IMG/VR virus record: IMGVR_UViG_3300009157_000002
Span: 1 to 64,000 of that record
Strand: one strand, 5' to 3'
DNA length: 64,000 nt
DNA from: a virus
The notes under the pieces are model-generated. The model searched no databases and was not told where the DNA came from. It saw only the letters and a list, made by a program, of their open reading frames with translations. The translations under genes and the position numbers were made by a program. This document shows, in pieces, positions 29,152 through 38,682 of the stretch. Position 1 is the first letter of the stretch. Every line of letters starts with the position of its first letter.

Positions 29152-29817
29152 TTAGCTGCGGATACGTGTATAAGGTTTTCTTGTTAATTCCTTGTAATTA
29201 TCATACTTTCTAAATTCGCGCCTCACTCCATTTACTTCTACTATTATAGCCGTCCCTTTTGATTCCCATATAAGTAAGCCCGTTACTATTTCGATTCCTT
29301 GAAAGTTATACCTCTGACCTTTTCCCTTTCTCCACAAATTATGCTCTAACTGAACCCAGATTTTTTTATTTTTTATTTTTTTTGCACGTTCTGAATCTTT
29401 ACGCTTTTTGCAAATATTATATAATCGTTCTATTCTTGTTTTCTTTTTAACCTCCAAAAAATCCGCGAAATTTTTAGCTTCAGTTCTTTTATTATGCAAT
29501 TCCAATGCTGTAAAATCTTTAACATCTATTGAAATAACTTCATAAATTTCATTGCTTGCATTATATTTTGCCACTACCCAGCCGGTTAGCTTATTATTAG
29601 GCACATCTGTAATGCAATGGTAACTGCCTTGACTGTAAAAATTCCAATGATCTGAAACACGTATAATATTATCAGGTGTATTGTTCCATGTTTTACCCTC
29701 CTTAGAGTAAAATGAGCCGCTTGCATAGCGGTTATAAGGCGAAGCACTTACGCAAGTGTTTAATACGTAATTTCGCAGTTCTGCGGGCATTGCTAAAATT
29801 CCTGTTTCTATTTTCAT
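29152..29817 (-). CDS. Early hypothetical protein
   Basis: SPY..SFY..IRVSDHWNF..HC motif. Confidence 0.6.
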   Translation of the reverse strand: MKIETGILAMPAELRNYVLNTCVSASPYNRYASGSFYSKEGKTWNNTPDNIIRVSDHWNFYSQGSYHCITDVPNNKLTGWVVAKYNASNEIYEVISIDVKDFTALELHNKRTEAKNFADFLEVKKKTRIERLYNICKKRKDSERAKKIKNKKIWVQLEHNLWRKGKGQRYNFQGIEIVTGLLIWESKGTAIIVEVNGVRREFRKYDNYKELTRKPYTRIRS

Positions 29818-29830
29818 TTTTTTTGGTCTA

Positions 29831-30013
29831 TTATATTAAATTTAAATTTGGTTTTAATTTGTTAATACATTTTCCCGAAGGGAACCAGGCACACGAAACC
29901 CATTTTTTCCCATTCCAAATAAGTCCAACCCAAATTTTTGCAGTTGCATTAAATATTAGGTTATGAACCTTTACACCTGTTTTCGTTTCTATTGTATTTT
30001 TAAAGTTTTTCAT
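29831..30013 (-). CDS. Early hypothetical protein
   Basis: Cluster member. Confidence 0.5.
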   Translation of the reverse strand: MKNFKNTIETKTGVKVHNLIFNATAKIWVGLIWNGKKWVSCAWFPSGKCINKLKPNLNLI

Positions 30014-30063
30014 TATTATTTACCGTTGCTGTGGCTCTCAGTTTTTTAGTGTTGGTTAAATTT

Positions 30064-30222
30064 TTAGTTTTTAATAATGATTTTATAAAGGTCATTTAGT
30101 CTTGTTGTTGCCTTCAATATATCCGCTTGTTTTTTTGCCTCTTTTTTATTTTCCGCAGTAATATTTATTGTTTGTAATTCATTCCCTTCTTTATCTTCTA
30201 AAATCAGTTTGAAGTTTTTCAT
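30064..30222 (-). CDS. First early-cluster gene
   Basis: Likely start MKNFK at 30222; -7 element TACGTTTG at 30302-30309 (-). Confidence 0.5.
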   Translation of the reverse strand: MKNFKLILEDKEGNELQTINITAENKKEAKKQADILKATTRLNDLYKIIIKN

Positions 30223-30835
30223 GTTATTAGTTTTATATCTTATTACGCTACTTTTTTTAAAAGGTTTCAAGATAGTTGTTATTATTGAATACGAATCTAC
30301 ACAAACGTATTGACATAGCAAATTTAATACATTGTATTGTAACACGTGCAGGCAAAGGGTTTTATAATATACACTATCTTGAAAGCCTTACTACCAAAGG
30401 ACAATAACAGAATGAAAATAAATATTTAAATAAATTATTAAAAAACAATGAAACACAATGAAAAGCAATGCAGTAAAGGGATTGAGCTATATATAATATA
30501 TTTGAAGGTTAAAAGATTAGTAAGCTTAGTAAGAACTAAAGTATGAGTAAAAACTAAAGTAAGACTAAGAATAAAACGAACAGCTTTAGATCAAATCAAA
30601 ACAATCCAGCGGTTGCACCCCCGAAGGGGAAGATAACACCCACCCAAACCAAACAAAGAATTAACAGCAGCTTAAACAAGATCAAAAAAAAAACAACCTA
30701 ACTAAATAACAATACATCATATATATTAAACGTAAATACTATAATTAAAAGCAAAGGCGCGCAAACGTAAGCGGGTGATACATTACCATTACCATACATG
30801 AGATCGTTCGCCATATCAATGCTAATGCAGCCATA

Positions 30836-30858
30836 TTATTTAGAATCATTCTAAATAA
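30836..30858. promoter_or_regulatory. 23-bp Fur-box-like palindrome, copy 1
   Basis: TTATTTAGAATCATTCTAAATAA. Confidence 0.75.
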
Positions 30859-31093
30859 GGTTAAAAAGCTGTTTTAAGTGCATCTACGTTCAAATGGCTT
30901 CATTTGGTTGACTTTTTGAGTAAATAAAAAAAAAGGTAATCATATTGAACCATTACTCAATAGATGAACGTAGAATAGGGTAAATTCCTGAATTATAGAA
31001 ATTAACTTTCCTTTTAGCTCAAAATAAAGCTCAAAAACCCTCAAATTGAACGAATTTTACCGGCTGGAGACAAAAATACATAGCCGCTTATAC

Positions 31094-31121
31094 TTGTCTT
31101 ATAATTATTATTATGTTAAAT
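31094..31121 (+). other. dif-like XerC/XerD recombination site
   Basis: TTGTCTTATAA-TTATTA-TTATGTTAAAT: 11-6-11 spacing with a canonical XerD arm. Confidence 0.7.
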
Positions 31122-31631
31122 AGAATTGAACTATCAATGTTTTCTTGCCCATTTAGGCAGTATTTAGCTTATCCCCTACCCTATCGCTTTCCTTTTACAG
31201 TTGTAGAAATATAAGATCCCCTATAAGGCAAAATATATAAGGCATGAATAAATAAGCTAATGAATAATAGATCGTGGAACTAAGCGCAGGAAAAGCCCCT
31301 AAAAAAAGCATTCTTTTTTGTACAGGGGGCCGCCTTGATTCAAAAATACATTCTCTTTTTACTGACCGGCAGGGGTCATATTATACCATTATACTCCTAC
31401 TAAGACAAATCCACTTTGGTTATTGGTATTGTTGATTGATTCCTGCTAGTACCTTTTCAATTTAGGATTGGTATTGTTGTTAGATTGTATTCTTACTAAC
31501 ATAATCTTTCTCTTGGTTATAGGGAACAATAGTTGGTTGTTGGGTGTTACTCTTTACTAAGACATTTCTGGTTTATGTAGTAGAATAATTGTCTTTTGTT
31601 TGTTATATAATCTTGGTAGGGTTAACGAGGG

Positions 31632-31916
31632 TTATGGTCCCTTTTCACAGTCCCTTTGTTCTTTTAATTCAAATCGTTTAACCATTCTGTTATACATTTT
31701 GAGTTCAAAGGAAAGATCTTCTTCATATCGGATAGCTCGTGTTTGCCATTCTTGAAAGCAGGTTTTACAGTAGTAAGAATTTAACACGGCGATATAAAAT
31801 CCAGTGGTGGGTTTTTCAATACAGGAGTCGCAGAAACCGGGACCAATTTGCATGATTTCCTGATCTGACATTTCCAAAATGAGGAATCCGGAAGAGTGGA
31901 TGATTTGTTTAGCCAT
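31632..31916 (-). CDS. Zn-finger hypothetical protein
   Basis: CDSC...YIAVLN..YCKTC. Confidence 0.6.
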   Translation of the reverse strand: MAKQIIHSSGFLILEMSDQEIMQIGPGFCDSCIEKPTTGFYIAVLNSYYCKTCFQEWQTRAIRYEEDLSFELKMYNRMVKRFELKEQRDCEKGP

Positions 31917-32016
31917 GTATATTTTTTATATCCGAGCCATCTTAGATACTCCCTATATGTGATCGCATATAATTTCGTGTTTTTGCCCAAAATCGATGCG
32001 ATCACATATAATAAAC

Positions 32017-32217
32017 TTAGGTTATTGTGTTTCTTTGATCAATTTCTGCCTTTATCATAGCACATATTTCAAAGTTTTCTGCTTGCTCGTTGGTTATGAG
32101 CATATTTTCCAGCCAATCTGTCGGACATGATCTAAATAATAAGGGATAGTTATTACAAAATAGTTTCATCTCAAATTCTTCGGCGAAACAATTGTGTTCA
32201 GGTAGAAATACTTTCAT
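32017..32217 (-). CDS. Small protein with a UVR-like C-terminus
   Basis: ENFEICAMIKAEI. Confidence 0.45.
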   Translation of the reverse strand: MKVFLPEHNCFAEEFEMKLFCNNYPLLFRSCPTDWLENMLITNEQAENFEICAMIKAEIDQRNTIT

Positions 32218-32226
32218 TGGTTGGGA

Positions 32227-32763
32227 TCATAGTAGTTGAATTCTCATAGTCATGTCATGCTGGGCGGGTTGATCACCGCCAGCATAGGGAAAGTTATACC
32301 TGCCAAAAATAGGAACCCCTGAAAAGTCAAAGGGTACTGCTCTAAGTTTGGCATTTGTTGTTTCTGTATCTGAAATAACTAATACTTGATTCTTTTTCCT
32401 GTTAAAAAGCAAATCAAAACGGTGTGGTTCACCTGGCGGAGCTTCAAATAATAATGCTTTTCCAGGATCTTCATTAGGTCCAGGATCTCTTACACCGTGA
32501 TTATGGGCGTAGTAATGATACTGGAGGAGGCCATTTTGTTTGTAGCAATTCCAGCCGGACCTAAAGCTATTATTATCTGGGTCCCAACCCCAGGTTACGC
32601 CAAAGAATTTATTGATGTCCTGGTTGTTTGCGTTTCCAAGATTATATACACAGTTGGCATCCGGTGTAACTATAAAGGACAGGCTCTCTAATCCAAAATG
32701 AGTTTTGAAGTTTATTCCACTTGCGTAGAAGTTTCCTTCTTTTATTGTGTAGAGTTCTTTCAT
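32227..32763 (-). CDS. Beta-sandwich hypothetical protein
   Basis: DINKFFG..SFRSGW..PYAGG pattern. Confidence 0.55.
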   Translation of the reverse strand: MKELYTIKEGNFYASGINFKTHFGLESLSFIVTPDANCVYNLGNANNQDINKFFGVTWGWDPDNNSFRSGWNCYKQNGLLQYHYYAHNHGVRDPGPNEDPGKALLFEAPPGEPHRFDLLFNRKKNQVLVISDTETTNAKLRAVPFDFSGVPIFGRYNFPYAGGDQPAQHDMTMRIQLL

Positions 32764-32937
32764 GGCATTTTATTTATTGCTTCGATTATACCTTTAAATG
32801 TTAACAACAATACTTCTTTCTTTGCAGATGGATCTATTTGCACGTAAACATCATAAACATCGTTTCCTTCCTCCGATTTTTTTATTGATGGATGTAGTTC
32901 AACTTTTGCAATCAATTTTACACTCATAGTCCTTTTG

Positions 32938-33321
32938 TTATTTTTTATCATTATTAAACCAATCTGCCAATTCTTGCTCACTGTATGAGCTTAGAACCTC
33001 GATTGCTTTTTTCTTTAGTGTTGCATAGTCCAACGTTTTTATTTCTTCCTTCTCTTCTTTCTCCTTTGAGGTGAGGGCTTTATATTCCTCCAATACTTGC
33101 GAAAAAGTGTTATATGGCAATACTCCTGCTCTATAAAAATAACGACCTATTTTCTCTATCTCTTCGTCCGTTATTGATTGAGTAGGTAGTGCTTGTTTAA
33201 AACCATCTATAAATGAATCTTTAAAATTAACTTGATTTGTATTTGTATACCCTTTCAGCTTTGGATATTTAACTAAAACATAATCAATCGCTAAATTCTC
33301 TATTTCTTCTTCCGTTTTCAT
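32938..33321 (-). CDS. Hypothetical protein
   Basis: In operon. Confidence 0.5.
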   Translation of the reverse strand: MKTEEEIENLAIDYVLVKYPKLKGYTNTNQVNFKDSFIDGFKQALPTQSITDEEIEKIGRYFYRAGVLPYNTFSQVLEEYKALTSKEKEEKEEIKTLDYATLKKKAIEVLSSYSEQELADWFNNDKK

Positions 33322-33614
33322 TATGTTTTTGTTATTATTAACCAGGTTGAAAATACTACAAATGCAATAGCGATTATCCCTACAACAATTGCCTCTACCT
33401 TTTTTCCATCAAACACCCATGTATTCCTAATTCCAGCAAAAACAGCTAATAGAACAGATCCTCCAAGTAGAGAGAATATAATTAAGGGCAGGATTCCTAC
33501 GTCTATATTGAATAGCTTTCCTGCCGTTATTCCAAGGACTAGCAAGACAATTAACGTGATGGTGTAGTATTTATATTTCTTTAACGCTTCCCAAATTCGT
33601 TTTAACGTTTTCAT
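33321..33614 (-). CDS. Three-TM membrane protein
   Basis: Three hydrophobic helices. Confidence 0.55.
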   Translation of the reverse strand: MKTLKRIWEALKKYKYYTITLIVLLVLGITAGKLFNIDVGILPLIIFSLLGGSVLLAVFAGIRNTWVFDGKKVEAIVVGIIAIAFVVFSTWLIITKT

Positions 33615-33947
33615 AGGTTTGGTTTATTTAGTTTTGTTGCGTTTTTTCATAATCAATAGCTTTATTCAAATCTGGCTCGTAAGTTCCTGCTTTGCAAGGT
33701 ATTTCCATGACAATCTCGTCATTTACGTGCAGATAGCCGGCGTTAATTTTACACCATTTAATAGCCAATTGTTTTGTTGGAGCCTCAACATTTTCTCCAG
33801 CAAATTCAACCAACTCGCCTGTTATATTATGAATTGCAAAAATTGATGTTCCCCAAACTTTCATAGGTTGATTATTACAATAAAGATAAATATTTATTCC
33901 GTGTCTAAACCATAGCCCATAGCAGGTTGTCTGCCGCATTGATTTCT

Positions 33948-34196
33948 CTAATCCTGCTCGTAAACCTTTAATTCATTTTCATCGAGATCGCTTTTGGTTA
34001 TAGGTTTGAAGTTTAATTTTTCATAGTTGTTAAGGTCCTGTAATATACAAGAATGTGCTATTTTTAATAGGTTTACTACTTTCGTTATAAACTTTGACCC
34101 ACCCTCTTTAACGTGCTCGTTTCCTTCCTTAATAAGAGATTCAAATCTTTTTAAGTGAGAGCGTTCAAACTGGTATCCTTCTTCGTTGAGTATCAT
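33948..34196 (-). CDS. Hypothetical protein
   Basis: ATGA-coupled. Confidence 0.45.
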   Translation of the reverse strand: MILNEEGYQFERSHLKRFESLIKEGNEHVKEGGSKFITKVVNLLKIAHSCILQDLNNYEKLNFKPITKSDLDENELKVYEQD

Positions 34197-34444
34197 TTTT
34201 TAATAGTTTTTTGTTCGCCAGGAGTTCTTCTTCTTATAATTATTTCGAAATCTCCACTTATTTCCATTGTATTCAACATTAGAATATCCGTTTCTATGGT
34301 TATGTTATTATACCTAAACCCATCTCCAAAAATAGTATTCTCGAAAGTTATTCCAAACCGTTGATTTTTAAATAGCCGTTGTAGTAGCTCCATTAGTTTC
34401 TTATCTTTAGCATTGGCTAATGTAATTGGCGTTTTTTTCTTCAT
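34193..34444 (-). CDS. Hypothetical protein
   Basis: ATGA-coupled. Confidence 0.45.
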   Translation of the reverse strand: MKKKTPITLANAKDKKLMELLQRLFKNQRFGITFENTIFGDGFRYNNITIETDILMLNTMEISGDFEIIIRRRTPGEQKTIKK

Positions 34445-34821
34445 AGCTTTATTGTGTTAATTGTTTCTTCATACTCTTTTACATTTTCTAGCAGGAAGTT
34501 ATTAGCCGCTTGCAGCTTTTTTAGTTTTTCTACTTGTTGATTTTCCGCCCCAATGCTATTATTGTAAGAGATAATTGCATTTCCCTTTTCAATAAGCTTT
34601 TGAGTGTTTTTTATTAGCGTAAGGCAGTGCTGGTATTGCTCTTCATTCTGTATCATTTGGAAGTTTTTTGTTTGTATCAGGGTCATAAAATCATCATCGA
34701 CTATGGCATCGGCAAGTACTATATATTTTTCAACATCCTTAGAATTTGTTGCTTTTAAAAGTTTGCCTAGCACATACCCTCTCCAAAAAGCTGCGTATGC
34801 GTTGTCTGTCGTATTATTCAT
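34441..34821 (-). CDS. Hypothetical protein
   Basis: In operon. Confidence 0.45.
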   Translation of the reverse strand: MNNTTDNAYAAFWRGYVLGKLLKATNSKDVEKYIVLADAIVDDDFMTLIQTKNFQMIQNEEQYQHCLTLIKNTQKLIEKGNAIISYNNSIGAENQQVEKLKKLQAANNFLLENVKEYEETINTIKL

Positions 34822-34847
34822 AGAGTGATAGTGTTGGTTTTAAATTA

Positions 34848-35330
34848 TTATTCCGTAATATCATCTAACGAATAACCCATAGATTCTAGGAGTTTTTGAA
34901 TGATGGTTATGGTAACATCTGCTTTGCCGTTTTCTATTCTGTGGATAGTTTGAGAAAGTATGCCAGACAAGGCATGTAAATCGTTGATGCTGATCTTCTT
35001 TTTTTCACGCAGTTGTCTTAGCTTTTTACCCATTTTTATTCGCTGCCCTTTCGAATGTTCATTAAAGAGCAATTGTAATTCCGGATGTGTGCCTCTTAAA
35101 ATATCCCAAGGAATTATTATTCTAGTTGGCTTTGCAGGAACCGTTATCTCAAACGGATCAAAGCTTAAATTTAACCAGCGAACATCGGTATATCCAGGAG
35201 GAATAAATCGGTAAATATCATTGAATTGCACCATCTCCCCATTCTCAAAATAAATTTTAAGGCTGCCGTCAACCATTTTTGCATTTTCAATGCGTTGGTA
35301 GGCCGGATCATCCCAAGGGTTTTTTTTCAT
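34848..35330 (-). CDS. XRE HTH protein with a DUF2442-like N-terminal domain
   Basis: C-terminal LRQLREKKKISINDLHALSGILSQTIHRIENG; N-terminal LKIYFENG. Confidence 0.7.
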   Translation of the reverse strand: MKKNPWDDPAYQRIENAKMVDGSLKIYFENGEMVQFNDIYRFIPPGYTDVRWLNLSFDPFEITVPAKPTRIIIPWDILRGTHPELQLLFNEHSKGQRIKMGKKLRQLREKKKISINDLHALSGILSQTIHRIENGKADVTITIIQKLLESMGYSLDDITE

Positions 35331-35580
35331 CTTGCTTTTTTAATTCGTTCTGTACGTAATTGTTTACCTGATCGAGTAAGTTTTGCAATGTTGAATTAAT
35401 TTGATCCTTTTCTAATTTAAAAACTTCATCAAAAAGTAGTAATAACATTTGTGAGGATGCAATCATAAAAACGTGTTTTAGCTGCTTGCGCTGTGTCGGC
35501 GGCATCTCTTCCTCAGTAAGATTCTTTCTTTTTAAGAAAAGCGAATACTGATATTCTAAATTAAAAATCTCTTTTTTCAT
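35308..35580 (-). CDS. Hypothetical protein
   Basis: In operon. Confidence 0.5.
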   Translation of the reverse strand: MKKEIFNLEYQYSLFLKRKNLTEEEMPPTQRKQLKHVFMIASSQMLLLLFDEVFKLEKDQINSTLQNLLDQVNNYVQNELKKQDEKKPLG

Positions 35581-35636
35581 TTTTTTTATGGTTTGTTTAT
35601 ACTAAATAATTTTACTTCTTTTTACTCCATCCCATA

Positions 35637-36494
35637 TTAGACAAAGAGATTTTGTTGCGAAACATAAGGAGTAAGCCTCTTTATAGTCATTTCGCAATAC
35701 TCTTTGCTTATTTCGGACATCACACATTTTCTATTCATTAAATGACACATTTTTGCAACCGTTCCACTCCCACCGAAAGGCTCATAAATAACATCACCTT
35801 CGTTGCTCCAACTGTAAATATGGTCCTGTGCTAACTCTTCTGGAAAAGGAGCAGGATGCCCTGTTGGATTGCTTCCCGTTCCATAGCACCATAAATTCGC
35901 TCTGCGGCTAAATTCTGGAGTGGTGAAAAACTCATTCTTTTTAACGTTTGCCCCTTTATTTATAACCGCATCCTTTTTTCTTTTTGTCCCTACTGTCTTA
36001 TTTACATGGTCGCATATAAAATTTATCGTTTTCGGTTTCCCTTTACTTAGAACAAACATATACTCAATCACATTGTAGTATCTTCCTTCTGTTGGTATTC
36101 TTGATGCTTTCTCGTAAAACATGGTATCATATAAGTTAAAGCCAATTTCTTTAAAGTATAAAGCCTGTTTAAATGAACTTCCTGTTTCGCTTCCATTTAT
36201 AGTAGCATCACCCACAACCCATATTACTACGCCGCCTTCTTTTGTAATTCTAAATAAGTTATCCGCCACATTTTTAAAAAAGAATGAATACCCATTATAT
36301 ATCCTCATTTGATCATACGGCGGTGAAGTCACCGTTAAATCAATGCAGTTATTCGGCATCCTAATCATAGTATCAAGGTTACTCTCATTATAAATCTCAA
36401 TGCCGGAGTGCTTCCAAAAAGGCTCTGTATAAATTTGCATTGGCAATATGCCTGCATGATGATCTAATTTCAATTTGTCACTTTGCATTGTCAT
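35637..36494 (-). CDS. DNA methyltransferase (N4-C/N6-A, beta class)
   Basis: TVTSPPY, HPAPFP and EPFGGSGT motifs. Confidence 0.9.
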   Translation of the reverse strand: MTMQSDKLKLDHHAGILPMQIYTEPFWKHSGIEIYNESNLDTMIRMPNNCIDLTVTSPPYDQMRIYNGYSFFFKNVADNLFRITKEGGVVIWVVGDATINGSETGSSFKQALYFKEIGFNLYDTMFYEKASRIPTEGRYYNVIEYMFVLSKGKPKTINFICDHVNKTVGTKRKKDAVINKGANVKKNEFFTTPEFSRRANLWCYGTGSNPTGHPAPFPEELAQDHIYSWSNEGDVIYEPFGGSGTVAKMCHLMNRKCVMSEISKEYCEMTIKRLTPYVSQQNLFV

Positions 36495-36604
36495 TTTTAT
36501 AACTCTTCTTTAATTTTATTTATGTCTACAGTTTTAAGCCACAATACAAAAAGATTGCTGCTCCTTTGCCTGGACTAACTTTCGCGCGATTGCAGAAAAT
36601 TATT

Positions 36605-36622
36605 TTACATTTTTAAATGTAA
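36605..36622. promoter_or_regulatory. 18-bp operator copy in a divergent promoter region
   Basis: TTACATTTTTAAATGTAA, the exact reverse complement of 20558-20575; -7 TACATTTG at 36639-36646. Confidence 0.7.
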
Positions 36623-36707
36623 ATGTAATATGAAAGTTTACATTTGTACCAATTTTTTCGAAATAATAGTTTACTTTTTTAAAATCTAAAATAAAACTAA
36701 CTTTTTA

Positions 36708-37031
36708 ATGATAAAAACCTCACAAGAAATACTGGATGAAATAAGCATCAAAAAAACCGGAGAGAGTTTTTACTTCGCGTGGCAGAAAGTAGGTGGCAGT
36801 TTAATGTCTCAAATTGTAACTGAAGCGATGGAAAAATTTAGATCTCTTTCCTTTTGGACCGAATATGATTGGAATAAACTAGAGAGTAGACCACCGGAAT
36901 ACGGAAAATATTTTGTTCATCGTAAAGATGGCAAGGTTCATTGGGAAACATGGAACGGTAGCGGATGGGCCTATAACAAAAAAGTTATTACTCATTATGC
37001 GATAATTAAACCTGTTGAAAATAAAGCATGA
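36708..37031 (+). CDS. Hypothetical protein (DUF551-like C-terminus)
   Basis: PPEYGKY...WNGSGW..ITHYA. Confidence 0.5.
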   Translation: MIKTSQEILDEISIKKTGESFYFAWQKVGGSLMSQIVTEAMEKFRSLSFWTEYDWNKLESRPPEYGKYFVHRKDGKVHWETWNGSGWAYNKKVITHYAIIKPVENKA

Positions 37032-37237
37032 CCGACCCAAGAATCATAGAGGCACGCAGACTTTTAATGGAAGTCACTAAAGAGCAACGAGCTAAAAGAA
37101 AAAAAGAATCGGATAATACTTTGTGTATGTGCGGTCATAAGTTTAAAGATCATTCCATTAGGTATAGTGTTAATTATACTGCTGGAATGTGCGGGAAGTG
37201 TGATTGCCAAAATTATTTAGAAACAAATAAAAAATGA
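37028..37237 (+). CDS. Small Zn-binding protein
   Basis: CMCGH..H..CGKCDC. Confidence 0.55.
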   Translation: MTDPRIIEARRLLMEVTKEQRAKRKKESDNTLCMCGHKFKDHSIRYSVNYTAGMCGKCDCQNYLETNKK

Positions 37238-37434
37238 GCGAGGTAAGCGAGCAAATAATTTTTTTACGAAAAACAAAAAAAATATCACAGGCAAAACTTG
37301 CCAAGGTATTAGGGATAAGTCGGGGATACTATATAAGAATGGAGAGTAATGACGACCTGTTTACAAAAAAAAGGATCAAACAGATCGGGGAGTATTTTGG
37401 TAAAAAAGTTTTAATATTATTTATAGATGAGTAA
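37234..37434 (+). CDS. XRE HTH regulator
   Basis: LRKTKKISQAKLAKVLGISRGYYIRME. Confidence 0.75.
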   Translation: MSEVSEQIIFLRKTKKISQAKLAKVLGISRGYYIRMESNDDLFTKKRIKQIGEYFGKKVLILFIDE

Positions 37435-38059
37435 ATACCAATTAACAGAACAACTTAACGGGCGCGTTGATGTGTGTTTAAAAGAAAAAAGGCATAGCTA
37501 TATAAATACCATAAGGGCTGGATTGGATCACTATATTGAAGAATATAAAAGAGCCTTGAAGTATGAAGAACCTCAAAATGTAGCCTGCGGCTTTTACGGA
37601 TTGGTTGATGAAAAGTTAAAAGAACAGAGTGTATCGGATTTTGCAAGCTGTAAAAAATCCTGTAATTTTTGTTGCAGAATAGCCGTTAATATAAGCAAAG
37701 AAGAGGCTTATCTATTAAGAAATGAATTTAAGGATATAGTTAATGAAAAGCAGTCACAACTAGCTATTCAGAAATCCTGTAAAACTGCGGAGGATTGGAA
37801 TAAACTCTCTTATAAGGACAAGGCTTGTATTTTTCTTGGAGATGATGGAGCTTGCAGAGTTTACCAATACAGACCTATTAGTTGTAGAAAATATCATGTT
37901 GCATCACCAGCAGAACGGTGTGATAATGAAATAAATCCTGAAGGCATAGTAGCTGGTTTAGTTCACGACGAAGTTGAAATTATCGCTTCCGCTATTATTA
38001 ATGTAAGCGAAGTTAAATTACTTCCTGAAATGATTTTAAAAGCAGAACTAGAAAAATGA
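37427..38059 (+). CDS. YkgJ/CxxCxxCC cysteine-cluster (Zn/Fe-S) protein
   Basis: CKKSCNFCC...CIFL...CRVYQYRPISCR. Confidence 0.8.
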   Translation: MSKYQLTEQLNGRVDVCLKEKRHSYINTIRAGLDHYIEEYKRALKYEEPQNVACGFYGLVDEKLKEQSVSDFASCKKSCNFCCRIAVNISKEEAYLLRNEFKDIVNEKQSQLAIQKSCKTAEDWNKLSYKDKACIFLGDDGACRVYQYRPISCRKYHVASPAERCDNEINPEGIVAGLVHDEVEIIASAIINVSEVKLLPEMILKAELEK

Positions 38060-38084
38060 CACACACTTAAAATTAGTTAAAAAA

Positions 38085-38303
38085 ATGGAAACAGTAAAAA
38101 AAAAGACGGTAAAAAAGCAATGGCGAAAAATAGGTAGCGATATCCTATTTTATGTTAGCGGAATCTTGTTTATGTATTACGCCTTTTTAACAAAAGACGT
38201 TCATAGTACGGTTGTGTCTGGATTTAGTCTATCCATATTCACGATTACCACAATCTATTTTGAAATTATAGACGCTTTAATAAAATGGAAAAATAATGGA
38301 TAA
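38085..38303 (+). CDS. Small membrane protein
   Basis: Two TM helices. Confidence 0.5.
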   Translation: METVKKKTVKKQWRKIGSDILFYVSGILFMYYAFLTKDVHSTVVSGFSLSIFTITTIYFEIIDALIKWKNNG

Positions 38304-38682
38304 ACTAAAAAATTATTTTAAAAGACTTTTTAGGAAATATAAGCAAGAAAAATCTAAAGATTCATTCGAAGACCTGGTTAAAGGGTATCGTAAACGAAAA
38401 GATTTATCTGAGAAGTATTTACGATGGGCGATAATTGCGAATATGATCTTCCAATTTTTATCTCTCGTTACAATGCTGTATTATGGATTATGGAAAAAGG
38501 ACATCTGTTTAACTATAATTTGGGGAGTTAATTATGTATATAGCCATATTACTGATACCAGGCATGGTATTTATAAAAAGATAGAGCAATCAGATGAGGC
38601 TAATGAATTTTTAATTACAAAAGTATATGAATTACAAATAGAAAAATTAAAAAAAGACGATGAAAAAAACAACCGATTTTAA
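38296..38682 (+). CDS. Membrane protein
   Basis: TM helices; overlapping operon. Confidence 0.5.
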   Translation: MDKLKNYFKRLFRKYKQEKSKDSFEDLVKGYRKRKDLSEKYLRWAIIANMIFQFLSLVTMLYYGLWKKDICLTIIWGVNYVYSHITDTRHGIYKKIEQSDEANEFLITKVYELQIEKLKKDDEKNNRF

